Source of the DNA: a virus
Lineage: Duplodnaviria; Caudoviricetes
IMG/VR virus record: IMGVR_UViG_3300032277_000023
Coordinates: 1 to 39,481 of that record
Direction: 5' to 3' (one strand)
DNA: 39,481 bases
Part shown: positions 35,822 to 39,481 of the stretch, piece after piece
Layout of the letters: each line of letters begins with the position of its first letter
How positions within the stretch are numbered: the first letter of the stretch is position 1
The notes under the pieces: model-generated
What the model was told of the DNA's origin: nothing
The model's input: the letters and a program-made list of their open reading frames with translations, nothing else
Databases searched by the model: none
Position numbers and translations under genes: made by a program

Positions 35822-36136
35822 ATGTTCAAAGACTACATTGGAAAATTCGTTATCGTGCGCAGCGACAAGGACGGCGTCTGGGCCGGAACCCTGAAAGCCC
35901 TCGAGGGCTCCACCGAGGGCGAAAGCCGCATGACCGCCTCCCTCGAAAACTGCCACCTGGTCCACTCGTGGCAATCGACGGCGGCAACCGCTGGCCTGGC
36001 CGTGTTCGGGCCCGGTGAGGGCTCCAACGTCAGCGACGCAACCCCAGCCCACATTTGCGCGGACGTGGTCGGATTGTCGGTCGCCACGGCATCCTCCAAG
36101 AAGCGGTTCGCCGACATCAAAAAGTGGAACCCATAA
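35822..36136 (+). CDS. DUF6948-like small beta-barrel phage protein
   Basis: YIGKFVIVRS..DGVWAGTL...L.N......W......GLAV.G pattern; AAGGA RBS; family recalled from memory, not searched. Confidence 0.7.
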   Translation: MFKDYIGKFVIVRSDKDGVWAGTLKALEGSTEGESRMTASLENCHLVHSWQSTAATAGLAVFGPGEGSNVSDATPAHICADVVGLSVATASSKKRFADIKKWNP

Positions 36137-36140
36137 GCCA

Positions 36141-36362
36141 GTGATAGAGCTATTTATGTCAGGAAACCGAAACGACGGCTCCGGCAAGGGCTCCGGCTCC
36201 GGCAAGGGCTACGGCTCCGGACGCGGCTACGGCTCCGGCCGCGGCTCCGGCCACGGCTCCGGCTCCGGCTCCGGCAAGGGCTCCGGCCACGGCGACGGCT
36301 ACGGCGACGGCTACGGCCGCGGCGCCGGGCCCAAAACCGAACCGAAAGAAAACGAAACATGA
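36141..36362 (+). CDS. MIELF-(Gly-X)n peptide, copy 6 (73 aa, GTG start)
   Basis: (M)IELFMSGNRNDG then GS/GK/GR/GH/GY repeats; 4 nt after DUF6948-like stop. Confidence 0.7.
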   Translation: MIELFMSGNRNDGSGKGSGSGKGYGSGRGYGSGRGSGHGSGSGSGKGSGHGDGYGDGYGRGAGPKTEPKENET

Positions 36363-37051
36363 AAACCGAAATCATCCAAAAAATCCAAGAGCTCCTAGCG
36401 ACCCCCCCAACCGCGGACGTGTTGGAGGCTGCCACGGATGCCGCAATCGAGCACCTAGACATCGACGGCGACGAACTCAGCATCATCTGGGACACCAAAA
36501 AACCCCGACGTGACGCAATCGAGGTCCCCGGCTTCCGCGCGTCCCAGGTGCCATGCATCATCCTGCCGAACACCAGAGGCACCGCACTGAGTCCGGCCGA
36601 AAAAGCCGAAATCCTGGCCGCCGTGGACTGCAACACCCTGACGTGGGACGGCCGAACCGGAGCCCACTGGATCGTCATCAAGATGCGCCACCTCAAAGGT
36701 CTCCGGGCCTGGGCAATCGTCGACAAATCGGCAACCCTAGGCGAGGACCCCACCCGTATCCTCACCGAATCAGGCCCCCTTGCCCTGTATGCGCTCGAAA
36801 CCGAGGGCCACCTAGTTCGGGAGGGCCGCCTAGCCCGCCATTGTATCGGAAGCAGGCAGATGGGCTACAGGAGGTCCCTAGGGTCCGTGGACATCGCCTA
36901 CGTATCCGTGCGCCGAAAAGAAGCCCCCGAACTCCCAGTGGCCACGGCCGAGATCCGCGGAACCCGCATCATCCAGATCCAAGGCCGCAGCAATTCGGCC
37001 GTTAGCCAGGACACCCGCGCGATCGTCGAGCGCTACGCAGCTACGCGATGA
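36359..37051 (+). CDS. PcfJ-like domain protein
   Basis: C-terminal L..EG....HCIG...SVR......ATAEI....IQIQGRSN pattern. Confidence 0.75.
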   Translation: MKTEIIQKIQELLATPPTADVLEAATDAAIEHLDIDGDELSIIWDTKKPRRDAIEVPGFRASQVPCIILPNTRGTALSPAEKAEILAAVDCNTLTWDGRTGAHWIVIKMRHLKGLRAWAIVDKSATLGEDPTRILTESGPLALYALETEGHLVREGRLARHCIGSRQMGYRRSLGSVDIAYVSVRRKEAPELPVATAEIRGTRIIQIQGRSNSAVSQDTRAIVERYAATR

Positions 37052-37221
37052 TCGAACTATTCATACCAGGGACCACCAACTACGGCACCGGCACCGGCGA
37101 CGGCTACGGCTGGGGCTCCGGCGAAGGCTACGGCGGGGGTAACGGCTGGGGCTCCGGTGACGGCTGGGGCGACGGCTACGGCCACGGCTACGGCCACGGC
37201 ACCGGCTCCGGCTCCAACTGA
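37048..37221 (+). CDS. MIELF-(Gly-X)n peptide, copy 7 (57 aa, not in ORF track)
   Basis: MIELFIPGTTNYGTGTGDGYGWGSGEGYGGGNGWGSGDGWGDGYGHGYGHGTGSGSN; ATGA overlap upstream. Confidence 0.75.
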   Translation: MIELFIPGTTNYGTGTGDGYGWGSGEGYGGGNGWGSGDGWGDGYGHGYGHGTGSGSN

Positions 37222-37239
37222 ACCGAAGGAAAACGAAAA

Positions 37240-37635
37240 ATGCCAAAGAACAACCTGCCCCTAACAGGGCCCACCGACCCCCAAAAACTGGCCCTCATCC
37301 TGGCCACCGTGTTCCAGGCGGCCAGCGTACCCTACACCAGGGGCCAATTCGACCCAGGAACGGCAACCATCGACCGTTGGCAACGCCTGACATGCGACAA
37401 CCCGGAGGCCATCGGACTCGTTTTCTGGGAGCTCACGCAAACGATGCTGATGCGGGATGCGGTTGCCCTATACCTAGGTCTTGCACAGGCCGCCGTGGCG
37501 CACGACACAGATGGCGTAATCCCAGACGTGGCCGTGGACCGAATAGCAGGGCACTGCATGCTCGGTAAGGCGCCGCATGCCCTGGGAATGACGGTTCTAG
37601 GGGCGGCATGGGCCGCGGAAAAGAGGCAACGATGA
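37240..37635 (+). CDS. Hypothetical protein
   Basis: AAGGA RBS; 131 aa; ATGA overlap downstream. Confidence 0.6.
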   Translation: MPKNNLPLTGPTDPQKLALILATVFQAASVPYTRGQFDPGTATIDRWQRLTCDNPEAIGLVFWELTQTMLMRDAVALYLGLAQAAVAHDTDGVIPDVAVDRIAGHCMLGKAPHALGMTVLGAAWAAEKRQR

Positions 37636-38081
37636 GTCAGGAATTCAAAATTGGCGACAAAGTCCGTTTAACGGATCCGCATTTCCGAACAGACGAGGGG
37701 AAATTATGCCCCCTGTCAGACGACTGGAACGGAGTAGAAGGGACCGTGGCGGGTAACCCGGACCGGGAAGGGGATATCCCCATCCGTCTAAGCGAATTTC
37801 GATGTGAGCGGGTGTCTCCGCATTGCCTGGTGCGTATCACGGACCCCGTATCCAACCCATCCCACTACAAGGCCCCAGGGCTCGACGTCGAGTGCATGGA
37901 CGTCATCCAGGCATTAGGGCTGGACTTCCCAACTGGTTCGGCGCTAAAATACATCTGGCGTCACCGAAACAAGGGCCGCCCACTCCAAGACCTCAAAAAA
38001 GCAAGAGCCAACCTTGACCGAGCAATCCAAGCCATCGAAAACGCCGATCCCCCCTCAAAAAGCGATGCTACGGACACCTGA
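37632..38081 (+). CDS. DUF3310 (T7 gp1.7-like nucleotide kinase) domain protein with N-terminal SH3/KOW-like domain
   Basis: FKIGDKVR N-terminus; DPVSNPSHY..ECMDVI...F..GSALKYIWR...KG...DLKKA. Confidence 0.85.
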   Translation: MSQEFKIGDKVRLTDPHFRTDEGKLCPLSDDWNGVEGTVAGNPDREGDIPIRLSEFRCERVSPHCLVRITDPVSNPSHYKAPGLDVECMDVIQALGLDFPTGSALKYIWRHRNKGRPLQDLKKARANLDRAIQAIENADPPSKSDATDT

Positions 38082-38170
38082 CGGCCGTTTGGTGCTGTGC
38101 TGGGTCCACGTGGCCGAGCAAATCGAACCAGAACCCCAAAAAGAGCCCCACTGAAAAGGAAGCAGGAACC

Positions 38171-38389
38171 ATGGCCCAAAAACCCGAAATCGGACAAAAA
38201 GTCCACTGCAAATACACCGACGCCAACGGAACGTGGCACCATGAAACCCTGGTGGTGCGTGAAATCGGCGACGGGTCCTACTGGTGGGACCTCCGGGCCA
38301 GCTACGGCCCCGAAAGCGCTAACACGGTCTACGTGGGCCGCGACTGTTGGATTTCGGCCGACCTGGCCCCAGAGCCCGTGCATGCGTGA
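38171..38389 (+). CDS. Hypothetical protein (72 aa)
   Basis: AGGA RBS; EIGQKV small beta-barrel-like start. Confidence 0.6.
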   Translation: MAQKPEIGQKVHCKYTDANGTWHHETLVVREIGDGSYWWDLRASYGPESANTVYVGRDCWISADLAPEPVHA

Positions 38390-38567
38390 CCCAACCCCAT
38401 CCCAAATCGCAATCCTGAGGTCCCAGCTCCATTTCAGCCGCCACACGATCGCGGCCCTGCACGAAGAAAACCGAAACCTAGCCCAGCAAGTGGACCTTTT
38501 GAAGTCGATCTGTATCGCTGGCGGATTTCTGTTGCTAGCGGCCGTGTGTGCTGCTATTTGGACCTAG
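38382..38567 (+). CDS. Coiled-coil protein with C-terminal TM (61 aa)
   Basis: ATG at 38382; LHEENRNLAQQVDLL then ICIAGGFLLLAAVCAAIW. Confidence 0.55.
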   Translation: MRDPTPSQIAILRSQLHFSRHTIAALHEENRNLAQQVDLLKSICIAGGFLLLAAVCAAIWT

Positions 38568-38599
38568 GGCCACCGAGCCCCCAACGCGAAAGACGAAAC

Positions 38600-38782
38600 A
38601 TGCCAACCGGACCCCATAAAATCACAATGAGACGAAGGCCGGCTGCCAAGCGCCCCATGTGGGTAGTTGAGAAGGACGGCGACACCTGGATAACCGACAC
38701 GGTTACCTTGGACGCTGAAAACTTCCACAAAAATGCCGAGATCCACATCATTGTGGACCCCAACCCGAAAGACGAGCCATGA
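38600..38782 (+). CDS. Hypothetical protein (60 aa)
   Basis: ATG at 38600 after A/C-rich leader; ATGA overlap downstream. Confidence 0.55.
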   Translation: MPTGPHKITMRRRPAAKRPMWVVEKDGDTWITDTVTLDAENFHKNAEIHIIVDPNPKDEP

Positions 38783-39390
38783 ACCCGATCCCAAACGACC
38801 CATCCGAAATCAGCTACCTCCTTGTTGATCACCCGAAATGGGGTCACGGCCTTATCAAACGAGTCCGCGGCAGACGATGCACGGGCCGAATTAGCCGAGC
38901 CGTGATACTGAAGCGCCCAGGAAAACCGGATCGCACATTCGCGTCGATGTCGGAAGCCAGGGACGCCATGGGTGTGACGGCCATCCGTCCGGGACTCGTG
39001 GACCACCCGACCATGCTCCAGGAGGGGGCCCGCCTGGTCAGTGCGTCGGCATCCCGCATCAAAGGCGCTATTCCCCGAGTGATCGATCAGCGCTCGGCGC
39101 CTAGTGAAGTTAAGCCCACGGAGCCTATGAGGCCGACTACAGCGGACTTCATTGTGCGGCGTCGAGAACCTCCTATCCGAACCACCAAACCCGAGGCCAC
39201 CGAGCCAACGGTCCGCCGAATCACCGGCAAGGCCCTCCGTAACTTGGCCTACCTGGTGAAAGCTGTGGACGTGGCAACGGATGCCGTGGCCGATTGTGAC
39301 GATGTGGCGGCGGCCGAGGTCAAGACGGTGCTGGATGCCCTGGTGGCCAAGCGGGCCAAGACGGTGCTGGGTCTGGAGGTGCGACTGTGA
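38779..39390 (+). CDS. Hypothetical protein (203 aa)
   Basis: Coupled start; VDHPKWGHGLI resembles the SH3-like V.HP.(F/W)G.G motif. Confidence 0.6.
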   Translation: MNPIPNDPSEISYLLVDHPKWGHGLIKRVRGRRCTGRISRAVILKRPGKPDRTFASMSEARDAMGVTAIRPGLVDHPTMLQEGARLVSASASRIKGAIPRVIDQRSAPSEVKPTEPMRPTTADFIVRRREPPIRTTKPEATEPTVRRITGKALRNLAYLVKAVDVATDAVADCDDVAAAEVKTVLDALVAKRAKTVLGLEVRL

Positions 39391-39481
39391 AGGTGGATAA
39401 GTACGTGCAATCAACCACTTAGACCACCTACCCACAACGGAACAGGACCCCCAGTATTCTCACAGGGGGCCCATTTCGCGG

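Larger units (their letters stand above)
29891..36157 (+). repeat. Dispersed 16-nt repeat TGATAGAGCTATTTAT (6 exact copies), each followed by a GGCTNN-type hexamer array
   Basis: Copies start at 29891, 30215, 30912, 31728, 32807 and 36142; synonymous variant TGATCGAACTATTCAT at 37049. Confidence 0.95.

Noticed and set aside
29891-37064. CRISPR array interpretation of the 16-nt repeat, with the Cas4-like nuclease as a cas gene
   Set aside because: Spacing is 0.3-3.3 kb and irregular, the repeats are coding, and no cas1/cas2 or effector genes are present. Cas4-like nucleases are common phage recombination enzymes.
29890-37221. Diversity-generating retroelement as the source of X-position variation (many NNC codons)
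   Set aside because: No reverse transcriptase or template/variable repeat pair is visible. TGG, GAA and AAG codons and length variation fit slippage plus GC3 bias better.
29883-37246. RLRLRL, APAPAT and SRSRSR ORFs overlapping the Gly repeats (e.g. 29883-30131, 30248-30772, 31740-32030, 32834-33277, 37061-37246)
   Set aside because: They are alternate-frame or antisense shadows of the GGCTCC/GGCTAC hexamers. Only the Gly frame has the conserved start, the coupling and the synonymous-change signature.
1-39481. Prophage or lysogeny module
   Set aside because: No integrase, repressor, ParA or flanking host genes were recognised.

Overview
This window looks like a complete or near-complete ~39.5 kb, GC-rich, tailed dsDNA phage genome (siphovirus-like). 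No integrase or repressor was seen, so it is probably lytic. It has three blocks. (1) A + strand late block (~1.3-20.1 kb): TerS, TerL, portal, scaffold, major capsid, CHAP endolysin, tail tube, tail chaperones with an A_AAA_AAG -1 frameshift, tape measure and tail-tip proteins. (2) A - strand replication block (~20.1-29.6 kb): primase-SF3 helicase, Cas4-like PD-(D/E)XK nuclease, SSB-like protein, family A DNA polymerase, ThyX, MT-A70 methyltransferase and RuvC-like resolvase. (3) A + strand early/accessory block (~29.9 kb to the end, apparently continuing into positions 1-1.2 kb). The standout feature is in the accessory block: seven dispersed paralogous mini-genes, each with a conserved N-terminus MIELF(I/M)(P/Q/S)GxxNxG followed by a hypervariable (Gly-X)n tract. 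They alternate with unrelated accessory genes like cassette spacers, and in five cases supply the upstream gene's stop codon (ATGA). One copy keeps MIELFIPG despite four synonymous changes. Other notable signals are a ~430 nt hairpin-rich non-coding gap with a shrunken tRNA-like element before the polymerase, several sigma70-type promoters with leaderless geometry, and myxobacterial-style lipoproteins. All family assignments come from reading motifs by eye; no database search was run.
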